A stretch of 64,000 nucleotides of DNA from Acidimicrobiia bacterium (GTDB lineage Bacteria > Actinomycetota > Acidimicrobiia > Spongiisociales > ZC4RG35): NCBI GenBank assembly GCA_040902845.1, contig JBBDWM010000034.1, forward strand, positions 147,001 through 211,000. The letters run 5' to 3'. The notes under the pieces are model-generated. The model had not been told where the DNA came from. It made no database searches and saw nothing but the letters and a program-made list of their open reading frames with translations. Within the stretch, counting starts at the first letter, position 1; the number at the start of each line of letters is the position of its first letter. This document shows, piece by piece, positions 54,200-63,960 of this stretch. The translations under genes and the position numbers were made by a program.

Positions 54200-55098
54200 A
54201 GTTCACAGTCGAGGCTTGGGACCCGGACTACGGGGCTCCGTCCGATGCCGATTTGGCCGATTCCACCGACAAGGTGGACCCCTCGGTCGAGATCAGCCCC
54301 GACCAGTGGCGCCCGTTGTTGCCGGAATGCGCTCCCGCTGGGGACATCCTCTTCGTGGATGGGGTACGACGGGTGGACGCCAACCTATGGATCGATAGAG
54401 AAGGCCTCTTCCCCGGGTTCGGGCTCGCTGCCACTTTCGCCGCCGGCGCCGTTCGGTGCAACGGTGACGCCAAGGTGGTTGCTTCCAGCGTGCGCCGGGG
54501 GATCTTCACTTCGGGCCCTGCGGAATCGATCGACACCAAGGTGGGCCGTTACGAGGTGATGAGCACCAAAGGGTCGACTCCCGAGGAGCTCTGGTTGGGT
54601 ATCCAGGAACGAATGGGGGACCTCGAGGGGGAAGTGGCAGGCGAACACGCCGATGCTGCGCTGGTGGTGGTCGACGGACCGCTCTCTCATCGTCGTCACC
54701 TTGAGGGCGCGGTGGGGTACATCAAGACCCAGCATGTGCAATACCTGCCGGACGATCTGCGGGCAACCCTGGGGACGCTTCCGGTTGGGTATCGCACCCC
54801 GCTGTTCCTCACCACCACTTCCTGGAGCCGCTTCTCGTGGTATCTGCGTCTGGCCAACGGCGCCGGCCCCGCGGGGGGCCTGGTCCGATGTGAGGTGAAG
54901 GCGGATATGAATGTGGCCGACGCCGCCCGTCTCGCTCATCTGGTGTCGGCCACGCTGCCCCGGTACGCCTCAGCGAGACACAAGGATCCCAGGGCGCCCC
55001 AGAATCTCTACCCGATCGGTGGTCTGGAGCGGGAGCTGCGCCGACGGCTGGGGGACCGCGACCTGGTGATCAGGGCCCTTCGGCTGGCAGCGGCTTGA
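54196..55098 (+). CDS. nurA: NurA-like 5'-3' nuclease (tentative)
   Basis: Two hhhDG motifs (DILFVDGVRRVD and AALVVVDGPLSHR) resembling NurA catalytic motifs I and III. GTGA overlap with the rad50 stop. Last gene of the operon. Confidence 0.5.
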   Translation: MKFTVEAWDPDYGAPSDADLADSTDKVDPSVEISPDQWRPLLPECAPAGDILFVDGVRRVDANLWIDREGLFPGFGLAATFAAGAVRCNGDAKVVASSVRRGIFTSGPAESIDTKVGRYEVMSTKGSTPEELWLGIQERMGDLEGEVAGEHADAALVVVDGPLSHRRHLEGAVGYIKTQHVQYLPDDLRATLGTLPVGYRTPLFLTTTSWSRFSWYLRLANGAGPAGGLVRCEVKADMNVADAARLAHLVSATLPRYASARHKDPRAPQNLYPIGGLERELRRRLGDRDLVIRALRLAAA

Positions 55099-56035
55099 GC
55101 CCAACCTCGCTCCGGGAGGCGAGAATCGCACCGGCAATCACCAACACGACGCCCAGTATCGCAATCGGGGAGACCACCTCGTCCCGAAACACCACTCCGA
55201 GGAACAGGGCGACGATCGGGATGACGTAGGTGATGAACGTTGCCCGGGTCGGTCCCACACTCCCTACGAGGGAACCCATCAGCACCATTGCCACGCCGGT
55301 CCCCAGCACGCCGACCGCCAGCATCGCGGCCAGCGAGGGCCAGGCGAACCTCGATTGGGTGAGACCGTAGATCCCATACGGGGTCACCAGCGCGACTGCC
55401 ACCCATTGCATCCGTGCCATCACTGCAAGCGACCCGTACTTCTGTTGAAGCGGAACCACGATGTTGGTGGCGAATGCGTAACAAACCGTGGCCAACACCA
55501 CCAGCACGACACCGACGGCTGCCGTAGATCCTTCTCCGGCCGAGGGAAGGGCGATGGCCAGGATCCCTGCGAAACCGACCACGAGACCGATCATCTGGAG
55601 CCGACCCGGAAGGTGCCAGAGCAGGATCGAGGCAACCACCGCGGTGAAGATCGGGGTGGCGCCGTTGAGCATCCCCGCCACCGCCGAGTCGATCCACTGC
55701 ATGGCGATGGGGAAGATCACGAATGGGATGGCCAGCCAAAGCAACCCGAGTACCCCGACTCGGCGCCACTCCGACCGGGGAATCTTCGCCTGCCGGGCTC
55801 TGGGGAGCATCGCCATGAACGCGGCCCCGAATCCAAGGCGAAGCCAGGTGACCAGACCGGGGTGGAACGCATCGAGACCGATCGCCATGAAGAGGAACGA
55901 CGATCCCCAGATGGCCGAAAGGCTGAGAAACAGACCCCAATCCTTGGGGCTGAAAGCTTCACGGTTGGTCCCGTGGGAGGTTGTCAGGATTTGGTTGGCC
56001 ACGTGCGTTTCGATTCCATCTCCACAAGAGAACAC
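55070..56035 (-). CDS. EamA/DMT superfamily transporter
   Basis: Ten TM helices over two EamA-like halves. Start uncertain (GTG at 56035 or 56002). Confidence 0.75.
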   Translation of the reverse strand: MFSCGDGIETHVANQILTTSHGTNREAFSPKDWGLFLSLSAIWGSSFLFMAIGLDAFHPGLVTWLRLGFGAAFMAMLPRARQAKIPRSEWRRVGVLGLLWLAIPFVIFPIAMQWIDSAVAGMLNGATPIFTAVVASILLWHLPGRLQMIGLVVGFAGILAIALPSAGEGSTAAVGVVLVVLATVCYAFATNIVVPLQQKYGSLAVMARMQWVAVALVTPYGIYGLTQSRFAWPSLAAMLAVGVLGTGVAMVLMGSLVGSVGPTRATFITYVIPIVALFLGVVFRDEVVSPIAILGVVLVIAGAILASRSEVGLKPLPAEGP

Positions 56036-56062
56036 CAGGAGCGCTGCAGGGGTTGCAGGCTT

Positions 56063-56701
56063 TTAGGAACGCCGGTAGCCGGTCAGATAGTCCGGGGTTT
56101 CGACACCCGGCTCCAGGTCAGGGGCGGGCTGGGGAGCCCCGACGGCCAATTCGAGGGGAATGACCCCCGCCCATATTCCGGTCCCCAGGTCCGATTCGGC
56201 GTCCTCGGGCGGGCCGTCGTGGACTTTTGCGGAGACCTCCTCCAGACCGACCGCGATGATGGCGGTCTTTCGCAACTCCTTCGTGGTTGGGCGTCGGATG
56301 TCGGCCAGCCGCCCCGGGATCAAAGCCTCGACCATCACATCGAGACCCCTCTCGTGCTCATCACCCTCCAGAAGCCGGCCGCTGCCGTGAATCACCACGC
56401 TGCGGTAGTTCGTCGAGGACTCGAATCCGCTGCGTGCCACCACCAGGCCGTCGATGAGGGTTACCGCGATGCTCAATGGGGAGCCCCACTTGACCGCCAC
56501 CATCAATCCCGAGGCATGAGATCCATGGAGCAGCACCCGATCGCCATCACGCGCATACAGGGTCGGGATGACCACCGGCCGGTCGTCGTTGAGATAGGCA
56601 ACGTGACAGACGAAGCCCTCGTCGAGGATGGCCTCGATTTGCTCTCGATCGTGGACGGCGAGCTCAGGAAGCCGTCGAATCCCGGTCTTGGCGGTTGCCA
56701 T
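56063..56701 (-). CDS. pyridoxamine 5'-phosphate oxidase family (FMN-binding split barrel) protein
   Basis: ILDEGFVCHVAYLNDDRPVVIPTLYARDGDRVLLHGS pattern of the PNPOx-like/general-stress-26 family. Confidence 0.75.
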   Translation of the reverse strand: MATAKTGIRRLPELAVHDREQIEAILDEGFVCHVAYLNDDRPVVIPTLYARDGDRVLLHGSHASGLMVAVKWGSPLSIAVTLIDGLVVARSGFESSTNYRSVVIHGSGRLLEGDEHERGLDVMVEALIPGRLADIRRPTTKELRKTAIIAVGLEEVSAKVHDGPPEDAESDLGTGIWAGVIPLELAVGAPQPAPDLEPGVETPDYLTGYRRS

Positions 56702-56703
56702 GT

Positions 56704-57702
56704 TCAGTCTTCCTCTTTCGCGTCACGGGTCATGAGCCTGAGCACGGCTTCCTTGGGGTCGAGGCCCTCGTATAGGACGTGACCAACGTGACTGGCGATC
56801 GGCATTTCGATCCCGCTCCGCTGAGCGAGATCCAGGACCGCCTGGGTCGTCTTGACTCCCTCGGCGACCATTCTCATCTCGGTCACCACGTCGTTGAGGC
56901 TCTTGCCCGAAGCCAGGCCGACTCCGACCTGATGGTTGCGACTTGCAGTCGAGATGCAGGTCGCGATCAGGTCACCCATACCGGCGAGCCCGGCAAAGGT
57001 GGCAGGTCTGCCACCCAAAGCCACCCCGAGCCTGGTCAGCTCTGCCAGGGCACGCGTGATCAGAGTGGCCCGGGTGTTGTCGCCGAAGCCGAGACCGTCC
57101 GACATCCCGGCTGCTATCGCCATCACGTTCTTGAGGGCTCCACCCAGTTCGCATCCGACAACGTCGTCGTGGGTGTAGACCCGGAAGGTTGGCCCCATGA
57201 ACACGTCCTGGAGTCGGCGGGCAGTGGCCCGGTCGGCCATTGCGATAACAGTCGCCGTCGGTTGGCCGGCGGCGACCTCGCTGGCGAGATTGGGCCCGGT
57301 CATGACTCCTACCAGGGACCGGTTCTTGCGGGGTGAGGTCTCAGTCACGACCTGGGTCATGGTGGCCAGGGTGTCCTGTTCGATTCCCTTGGTCAACGAC
57401 AGCACCGGCACGTCCTCTCCCAACCCTTCAGCGATCCTGGTGTAGATCTCCCTGAAGCCATGGGAGGGAACTGCCATCACTAGTGCGGATGCGCCTTCGA
57501 CCGCGGTGTTGAGGTCGGCGGTGGCGGTGAGGCCATCGGGGAGGGCGAGGCCGGGGAGATATTGGCGGTTCTCCCGGGTCTCGTTCATCTCTGCGGCCAG
57601 CTCGGGTCGTCGTGCCCAGAGCACGGTGGGGGTCGAGCGCGCAGCGAATGCCGCCACCGTGGTCCCCCAGGACCCGGCTCCGACTACTGCGATCCTGTCC
57701 AC
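56704..57702 (-). CDS. gpsA: NAD(P)H-dependent glycerol-3-phosphate dehydrogenase
   Basis: MDRIAVVGAGSWGTTVA Rossmann start, NRQYLPGLALP, and GpsA-typical length of 332 aa. Confidence 0.9.
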   Translation of the reverse strand: MDRIAVVGAGSWGTTVAAFAARSTPTVLWARRPELAAEMNETRENRQYLPGLALPDGLTATADLNTAVEGASALVMAVPSHGFREIYTRIAEGLGEDVPVLSLTKGIEQDTLATMTQVVTETSPRKNRSLVGVMTGPNLASEVAAGQPTATVIAMADRATARRLQDVFMGPTFRVYTHDDVVGCELGGALKNVMAIAAGMSDGLGFGDNTRATLITRALAELTRLGVALGGRPATFAGLAGMGDLIATCISTASRNHQVGVGLASGKSLNDVVTEMRMVAEGVKTTQAVLDLAQRSGIEMPIASHVGHVLYEGLDPKEAVLRLMTRDAKEED

Positions 57703-57753
57703 GTCGGCACGCTAGCCAGCTGCGGTGTCACGCTCCCTAACCTGCGCCGGCGA

Positions 57754-58836
57754 ATGAGTCTGACAATCGGCATCGTGGGTCTCCCCAATGTGGGCAAGTC
57801 CACGCTCTTCAACGCGCTCACAGATGCCAAGGTCCTGGCAGCCAACTACCCGTTCGCAACCATCGAGTCCAACACCGGTGTGGTCCCGATTCCCGACCCA
57901 CGGCTCGACACCCTCGCAACCATGTTCAATTCGAAGAAGGTCACCCCGGCGACCGTGACCTTTGTCGACATCGCAGGTCTTGTTCACGGCTCCAGCAAGG
58001 GCGAAGGTCTCGGCAACCAGTTCCTGGCGAGTATCCGCGACGTGAACGCCATCTGCCACGTGGTTCGGGCGTTCGACTCCGGGAGCGTCGTCTCGATTGG
58101 CGAGGGTGGCGGCCCGGCCTCGGACATCGACATCCTCGAAACCGAGCTGGCAATCGCCGATCTGCAAACGATCGAGAAACGACTTCCCAGGTTGGAGCGA
58201 GAGGCCACGGTCGACCGGTCGCTGGGCCCCCAGGTCGACCTGCTTCATCTGCTCCGGCAGGCAGTTGGCTCCGGGCAGATGGTCAGCCGCAGCCCGGAGT
58301 TGCTGGCTCGCCTTCCCGAGTACGCCGACCTCCATCTGCTGACCGCCAAGCCGATCATCTACGTGTTCAACAGCGGCCCAGCCCTGCTGGTCGACCTCGA
58401 ACAACGCTCCGGTTTGGCCGCAGCCGTGGCTCCAGCAGAGGCCCTCTTCCTCGACGCCCAGATCGAGGCGGAGCTCAACGAGCTCGACGAGGAGGATCGT
58501 GTTGAGATACTGGCTTCCGTCGGTCAAGAAGAGCCCGGGCTGCATGCCGTGATCCGCGCTGCATATCGGACCCTGGGTCTGCAGAGTTTTCTCACGGTAG
58601 GGGAGAAGGAGGCGCGGGCCTGGACCATCCGATCCGGGGCCACCGCCCCGGAAGCGGCCGGTGCGATCCACACCGACTTCGAGCGGGGCTTCATCGCTGC
58701 CGAGGTGGTCGACTATCCACTCCTGGTGAAGGCAGGCTCCTGGATCGAGGCGAGGGCGAAGGGCCTTGTCCGCACCGAGGGACGGTCCTACGTCATGCGA
58801 CCCGACGACGTCGTCGACTTTCGCTTCAACGTATGA
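57754..58836 (+). CDS. ychF: redox-regulated ribosome-binding ATPase YchF
   Basis: GIVGLPNVGKSTLFNALT G1, FATIEPN-like FATIESNTG, DIAGLV G3, C-terminal TGS domain. 360 aa from the ATG at 57754. Confidence 0.9.
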   Translation: MSLTIGIVGLPNVGKSTLFNALTDAKVLAANYPFATIESNTGVVPIPDPRLDTLATMFNSKKVTPATVTFVDIAGLVHGSSKGEGLGNQFLASIRDVNAICHVVRAFDSGSVVSIGEGGGPASDIDILETELAIADLQTIEKRLPRLEREATVDRSLGPQVDLLHLLRQAVGSGQMVSRSPELLARLPEYADLHLLTAKPIIYVFNSGPALLVDLEQRSGLAAAVAPAEALFLDAQIEAELNELDEEDRVEILASVGQEEPGLHAVIRAAYRTLGLQSFLTVGEKEARAWTIRSGATAPEAAGAIHTDFERGFIAAEVVDYPLLVKAGSWIEARAKGLVRTEGRSYVMRPDDVVDFRFNV

Positions 58837-58899
58837 GCGTCGGTGTCTATGAGACATCAGCTTCCAGGGTCCATTGGGGATCGCCCTATGATGGGCCCG

Positions 58900-59040
58900 G
58901 CCAACGACATCGAATGGGAGAGCCCTGGAATGCGGGGCGCCGAAGGGGCAACTCCTCCCCGGAAACTCTCAGGCACGTGGACCATTCGGGTGAGGCACCG
59001 CTGGAGATGACGACAGCGGGGGAGGGCTGACAGCCTTAGA
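58900..59040 (+). promoter_or_regulatory. glycine riboswitch (single well-conserved aptamer) in the gcvP leader
   Basis: AUGGGAGAGCCC...GGCGCCGAAGGGGCAACUCC...CUCUCAGGCACGUGGAC matches the glycine-aptamer core (GGAGAG, CGCCGAAGGRGCAA, CUCUCAGGCA...GGAC). Followed by a GAGGAG SD and the gcvP ATG. Confidence 0.65.
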
Positions 59041-59048
59041 GGAGACTG

Positions 59049-61874
59049 ATGCCCAACCCCAGAGAGCGCTTCGCCGACCGCCACATCGGGCCCGACCCCG
59101 AAGATATCGAGAAGATGCTGGCGACGGTTGGGGCCGCGAGTCTCGACGAGCTCGTCTCACAGACCGTGCCCGCATCGATCCTCGACATAACCTTGGAACT
59201 GCCGCCGGCGATGACAGAGCGTGAGGTGGTTGCCCGGCTCTCCGAACTGGCGGCAAGAAACGTGGTGTTGCCCTCGCTGATCGGGCTCGGATACCACGAC
59301 ACCATCACACCTCCGGTGATCCAGCGCAACGTCCTGGAGAGCCCTTCGTGGTACACGGCTTACACCCCGTATCAAGCGGAGATCTCCCAGGGGCGATTGG
59401 AGGCTCTCCTCAACTTCCAGACGATGGTCACCGACCTCACCGGGCTCGATATTGCCAACGCATCACTTCTTGACGAGCCGACCGCAGCGGCCGAAGCAAT
59501 GGCGATGTGCCGGCGTTTGGACAAAGGCGACAGGAACGTCTTCTACGTCGATGACGATTGTCACCTTCCGACCATCGAGGTGGTCAGGACCAGAGCCCGG
59601 GCGATCGGTGTCGAAGTCCGCATGCTCTCCGAGGGAGTGATTCCCGGAGTTGGGTTCGGCGTATTGCTTCAGTACCCGGGATCCTCCGGTGCTGTCACCG
59701 ACCATTCCGAGCTCGTCAGCCGTCTCCACGACGACGGAACGCTCGTCACGGTTGCCACCGATCTGCTGTCCCTGGCCCTACTCATCCCACCGGGGGAGTG
59801 GGGAGCCGACATCGCCGTCGGATCGGCGCAGAGGTTTGGGGTTCCTATGGGTTACGGGGGCCCGCACGCCGGATTCATCGCCACCCGGGAAAGCATGGTC
59901 AGGGTCCTTCCCGGTCGTCTGGTCGGGGTCTCATCGGATCGCTCTGGGAAAACCGCCTACCGGCTGGCGCTCCAGACCAGAGAGCAACACATCCGCCGCG
60001 AGAAGGCGACGTCAAACGTATGCACGGCGCAGGTGCTTCTCGCCGTGGTCGCAGGCTTCTATGCCTGCTGGCACGGGCCGGAAGGGATTGGGGACATCGC
60101 CTCCGAGGTACATGGGTTGACGTCGAGACTCGCCCGATCGTTGAGAGTCGGCGGCTTGGAGGTGATCAACGACACCTGGTTCGACACCTTGACCGTTCGC
60201 CCCCTCCAGGGTGCCGATGAAGCTATTGAGGCCGCCCTCGCCGCTGGCGTGAATCTCGGCCGGGTTGACAACGAGCACGTACGGATCGCCCTGGATGAGA
60301 CCACCACCCTGGACATTGTGTCCCGGGTGCTCGTTGCTCTCGGCCTGGATGAGTTGGTCTCCGACGCCGCCACCGGGATCCCCGAAGGCCTGGTGCGTCG
60401 ATCGGAATTCCTCACCCACCCGGTGTTCAACACCCACCGGTCCGAGCATGAGATGCTCCGCTATCTGCGACGGCTTGCCGACCGTGACCTGGCCCTGGAT
60501 CGCAGCATGATTCCACTCGGCTCCTGCACGATGAAGCTGAACGCCACCACGGAGATGATTCCGATCACCTGGCCGGGATTTGCCGGGGTCCATCCCTACG
60601 TCCCCAGCTCTCAGGCGACGGGGTACCTCGAGATGATCCGGGAGCTCGAGGTATACCTCTGTGCGGTCACCGGTTATGACGTGGTGACGTTTCAGCCCAA
60701 TGCCGGCTCCCAGGGTGAGCTCGCCGGTCTTCTGGCCATTCGCGCCTACCACCTGAGCCGTGGAGAAGGTCACCGCGATATCTGTCTCATTCCTGCCTCA
60801 GCTCATGGGACCAATGCGGCGTCGGCTGTGATGGCCGGCATGAAGGTCGTGGTGGTGGCCACCGATGAGCGTGGGAACGTCGATAACACGGATCTGCGGT
60901 CCCGTGCGGAGGCCGCTGGGGACAATCTGGCAGCCGTGATGGTGACCTACCCCTCGACACACGGAGTTTTTGAGGAAGGGATCCTCGAGCTCATCGAGAT
61001 CGTGCATGACCACGGTGGCCAGGTGTACGTCGATGGGGCCAACTTGAACGCAATGGTCGGGCTGGCCCGTCCCGGAGACCTCGGTGCCGACATCGGGCAC
61101 CTCAACCTGCACAAGACTTTCACCATCCCCCACGGAGGTGGCGGTCCCGGGGTGGGCCCGGTCGGCGCCAGGAGCCATCTGGCTCCGTTCCTTCCCAATC
61201 ATCCCTTGAACCCGGCGGCCGGCCCACCGACCGGGATCGGGCCCATCTCAGGAGCTCCGTTCGGTTCGGCGGGGATCCTCCCGATCCCATATGCCTTCAT
61301 CCGTCTCATGGGCGGAGATGGGCTCCGGAAAGCGACCATGGTCGCGATCCTCGCCGCCAACTACGTGGCCCGCCGTCTCGACCCCTATTTCCCGGTGCTC
61401 TACACCGGTTCTCAGGGGCGGGTCGCCCACGAGTGCATCCTCGACCTGAGACCGCTGGCCAAAGCGACCGGTGTCTCCGCCGAGGACGTCGCCAAGCGTC
61501 TCGCCGACTACGGGCTCCACGCACCCACCTTGTCGTTCCCGGTCGCCGGCACATTGATGGTCGAGCCCACCGAGTCTGAGAGCCTTGCAGAACTGGACAG
61601 GCTCTGTGACGCCATGATTTCCATCGCCGAAGAGGCAGGGAGGATCGAAGCCGGAGAGTGGCCCCGCGACGACAACCCTCTGGTCAATGCCCCCCATCCT
61701 GCGGACATGTTGACAGCCGACGAATGGGCCCATCCCTACTCGCGGAACACTGCGGGCTATCCGCTGCGTAGTCTGCATCGCGACAAGTACTGGCCACCGG
61801 TGGGCCGTATCGACGGTCCAGGGGGCGACCGGAATCTGGTTTGTGCCTGCCCGCCCCCGGAGGCCTATGAATGA
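59049..61874 (+). CDS. gcvP: glycine dehydrogenase (decarboxylating), glycine cleavage system P protein
   Basis: 941 aa. N-terminus [20 protein letters not shown] region [16 protein letters not shown]. Two-domain GcvP architecture. Confidence 0.95.
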   Translation: MPNPRERFADRHIGPDPEDIEKMLATVGAASLDELVSQTVPASILDITLELPPAMTEREVVARLSELAARNVVLPSLIGLGYHDTITPPVIQRNVLESPSWYTAYTPYQAEISQGRLEALLNFQTMVTDLTGLDIANASLLDEPTAAAEAMAMCRRLDKGDRNVFYVDDDCHLPTIEVVRTRARAIGVEVRMLSEGVIPGVGFGVLLQYPGSSGAVTDHSELVSRLHDDGTLVTVATDLLSLALLIPPGEWGADIAVGSAQRFGVPMGYGGPHAGFIATRESMVRVLPGRLVGVSSDRSGKTAYRLALQTREQHIRREKATSNVCTAQVLLAVVAGFYACWHGPEGIGDIASEVHGLTSRLARSLRVGGLEVINDTWFDTLTVRPLQGADEAIEAALAAGVNLGRVDNEHVRIALDETTTLDIVSRVLVALGLDELVSDAATGIPEGLVRRSEFLTHPVFNTHRSEHEMLRYLRRLADRDLALDRSMIPLGSCTMKLNATTEMIPITWPGFAGVHPYVPSSQATGYLEMIRELEVYLCAVTGYDVVTFQPNAGSQGELAGLLAIRAYHLSRGEGHRDICLIPASAHGTNAASAVMAGMKVVVVATDERGNVDNTDLRSRAEAAGDNLAAVMVTYPSTHGVFEEGILELIEIVHDHGGQVYVDGANLNAMVGLARPGDLGADIGHLNLHKTFTIPHGGGGPGVGPVGARSHLAPFLPNHPLNPAAGPPTGIGPISGAPFGSAGILPIPYAFIRLMGGDGLRKATMVAILAANYVARRLDPYFPVLYTGSQGRVAHECILDLRPLAKATGVSAEDVAKRLADYGLHAPTLSFPVAGTLMVEPTESESLAELDRLCDAMISIAEEAGRIEAGEWPRDDNPLVNAPHPADMLTADEWAHPYSRNTAGYPLRSLHRDKYWPPVGRIDGPGGDRNLVCACPPPEAYE

Positions 61875-61958
61875 TTCTTCCCTTGACTTTCCCCGCCACA
61901 ATGGGATCGTGACTCGTGGACGGGTGACGGCTGGGACAGACAAAGAAGCGGTGATGCG

Positions 61959-63152
61959 GTGAGATTCACCGGTCAGGTAAGGGTTCCGGAGGTCGACCAC
62001 CCCGGCGTCCCCGCCACCTTCGTGGTCGAAGACGACCAAGCGGAGGTGCTTCTCGACGGGGAATCACTGGGTCGTTGGTCGTTGTTCGACGTGCATGCGT
62101 CACGTCTGGTTTCCGCCGCCTTCTCTGTGTCGCTGGCGGGAGACGAGATCACATTCATCGCTGACGAACCGGTCGATTTTGCTTACAAGGGCGTCGACCA
62201 CATGGCCGAGTCCTGGGCTCGGTACAAGGCGATGGCCCTTCCCCGGCGGATGGTGGCGGTGGGGCGCTCCCGGCGCGGCACCCTCCCGTCTCGTGTCACC
62301 GAGTTGCGTGACGCCATGCTGGCGAACCTGGAGAACCTGAGCATGGCGGATTGGGCCGAGGAGACGGAGGAGATCGAGGCTGCCCCGGCTGCAATCACTG
62401 CCCCCCTTCCCATCCCCGTGGCGCCACCCACCGAGGTTCCAGCACCACCGGTCGACCAACTTGCAGAGCCGATCCAGGCGCCAGTCGAGCGTGAAGATAT
62501 AGCGCCGCCGGTCGAGGAGAAAGCTCTCCCACCGTTGCGATCGCTGCCGATGCGCCCGGGCCCGGGTCTTGCGGCCCGCCCACGGACCGAGGCGCCGCCG
62601 ATTCCCGCGGTCGACCCGATCGACATCTTCCGACCCGAACCACCCAAGGTCGAACCGCGCCAGCCGGAGCCGGTTGAGATTGAGTTGGTCGAAAGTCTTG
62701 AAACCGAACCGATGGAGCCCTTCGAGCCGGAGCCCGTTGAGCCAGAGCCGGTTGAAACCCTCGCGCCGGTCGCTCTCGTCGAGCCGGAGTCGGAGCCAGT
62801 GCCTGAGGTTCCGCAACTGGTCAGAGAGTTGTTGGACACGTCGAGCGACGACGATCGGGATGAGACACCAAAGCGCCTGGTCGTCGACCTAGGGGCCTAT
62901 GAGGTTGCTGCACCGCCGGCCCCGGAGCCGGTCATCACCACTACCCAGAATCGGGCGCCGGCACTCGCAACCACGGCGCCGGTTCCAGATCGTTCGGGAA
63001 TCTTTGGGGCGGTGCGCGCCGCCTTCGTGAGAAACAAGGGCTCGCATCTGCACGAATTCGTTGAGGCGCCCGGTGGGATCGGCATCACACGGCACATTTG
63101 CAGCGAGTGCGGATACATCTCGATCGGAGTCACCGACACCGAGGCCGAATAG
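61959..63152 (+). CDS. hypothetical protein with a Pro/Glu-rich low-complexity core and a C-terminal Cys/His zinc-ribbon-like motif
   Basis: GTG start. N-terminal ~130-aa domain, then PEPVEPEPVE-type repeats over ~200 aa. C-terminal HLHEF...HICSECGY. Confidence 0.5.
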   Translation: MRFTGQVRVPEVDHPGVPATFVVEDDQAEVLLDGESLGRWSLFDVHASRLVSAAFSVSLAGDEITFIADEPVDFAYKGVDHMAESWARYKAMALPRRMVAVGRSRRGTLPSRVTELRDAMLANLENLSMADWAEETEEIEAAPAAITAPLPIPVAPPTEVPAPPVDQLAEPIQAPVEREDIAPPVEEKALPPLRSLPMRPGPGLAARPRTEAPPIPAVDPIDIFRPEPPKVEPRQPEPVEIELVESLETEPMEPFEPEPVEPEPVETLAPVALVEPESEPVPEVPQLVRELLDTSSDDDRDETPKRLVVDLGAYEVAAPPAPEPVITTTQNRAPALATTAPVPDRSGIFGAVRAAFVRNKGSHLHEFVEAPGGIGITRHICSECGYISIGVTDTEAE

Positions 63153-63153
63153 C

Positions 63154-63960
63154 TCAGCTCGAGCCGTGCAACGATCCGCCTGCCCGCGGCTCCCACGAGA
63201 AATAGCGCACGGCCAGCAGCGCCCCGGCCGCCAACCACGCAGTCATCGTCAGCACGGCTATCCATGGAAACCCGGGGTCCAACGTCGGGTTGAAGAGCTC
63301 GACTACGGCACTGGCCAACGGCTCCAATGGGAATAGGGATGCCAGTGTCTGCAACCACTCGGGGGCCCCTTCGAGAGGGAAGAAGATCCCGGAGATGAAT
63401 GACAGGGGAAGGATGAAGGCATTGGCCAGCGCCGGTGCCGACCTGGCGTTGGGGGTCAACGCGGCCAGCGCCAGTCCCATGGCCGAGAATGTGGCGGCGC
63501 CCAGAGCCATCAGCAAGATGACCAATGGAAGGTTGCCCCATGGGATCTCGACCCCGAACAGCAGGCTTCCCACAGTCAGCATGATCACCACCGAGACCAG
63601 GCCCACCCCCACCGCGGAGAGCAATCTCCCCGCGACGTGCACCGACATCGGGACCGGTGTTGACAGGACTCGTTTCAAGACTCCGTTGTCTCGAGCGTTT
63701 GCGGTGTTGATCGCGAGATTGGTGAAGGTGGCGGTGACCATCCCGAAGACCGCGATGCCGGGAGTAAACCACTGAGCAATAGAGATTCCACCCAACTCGT
63801 CGATAGTGACCCCCGAATTGAGCAGGTTGATGAGGACCAGGAAGAACAACGGCAGGACCAGAGTGAAGAAGGCTGCGATCGGGGTTCGAAGAAAGATCCT
63901 GGTTTGGACCCGGGTCTCTGATCGCACCAGTCGCCACGACGTGGATGCAGACGTCACCAT
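63154..63960 (-). CDS. ABC-2 type transporter permease
   Basis: Six TM helices with ABC-2 topology. The upstream ATPase gene would begin beyond the window end (ATGGTGA overlap at 63954-63960). Confidence 0.8.
   Translation of the reverse strand: MVTSASTSWRLVRSETRVQTRIFLRTPIAAFFTLVLPLFFLVLINLLNSGVTIDELGGISIAQWFTPGIAVFGMVTATFTNLAINTANARDNGVLKRVLSTPVPMSVHVAGRLLSAVGVGLVSVVIMLTVGSLLFGVEIPWGNLPLVILLMALGAATFSAMGLALAALTPNARSAPALANAFILPLSFISGIFFPLEGAPEWLQTLASLFPLEPLASAVVELFNPTLDPGFPWIAVLTMTAWLAAGALLAVRYFSWEPRAGGSLHGSS

Noticed and set aside
55355-56782. 475-aa plus-strand ORF spanning the DMT, PPOX and gpsA region
   Set aside because: It is antisense to three well-supported minus-strand genes. Its composition is dominated by Arg/Gly/His/Pro, with no motifs.
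57562-57753. Upstream extension of the ychF ORF
   Set aside because: YchF orthologs begin at the GIVGLPNVGKS region shortly after the Met. The extension would run antisense through the gpsA start and is Arg/Gly-rich.
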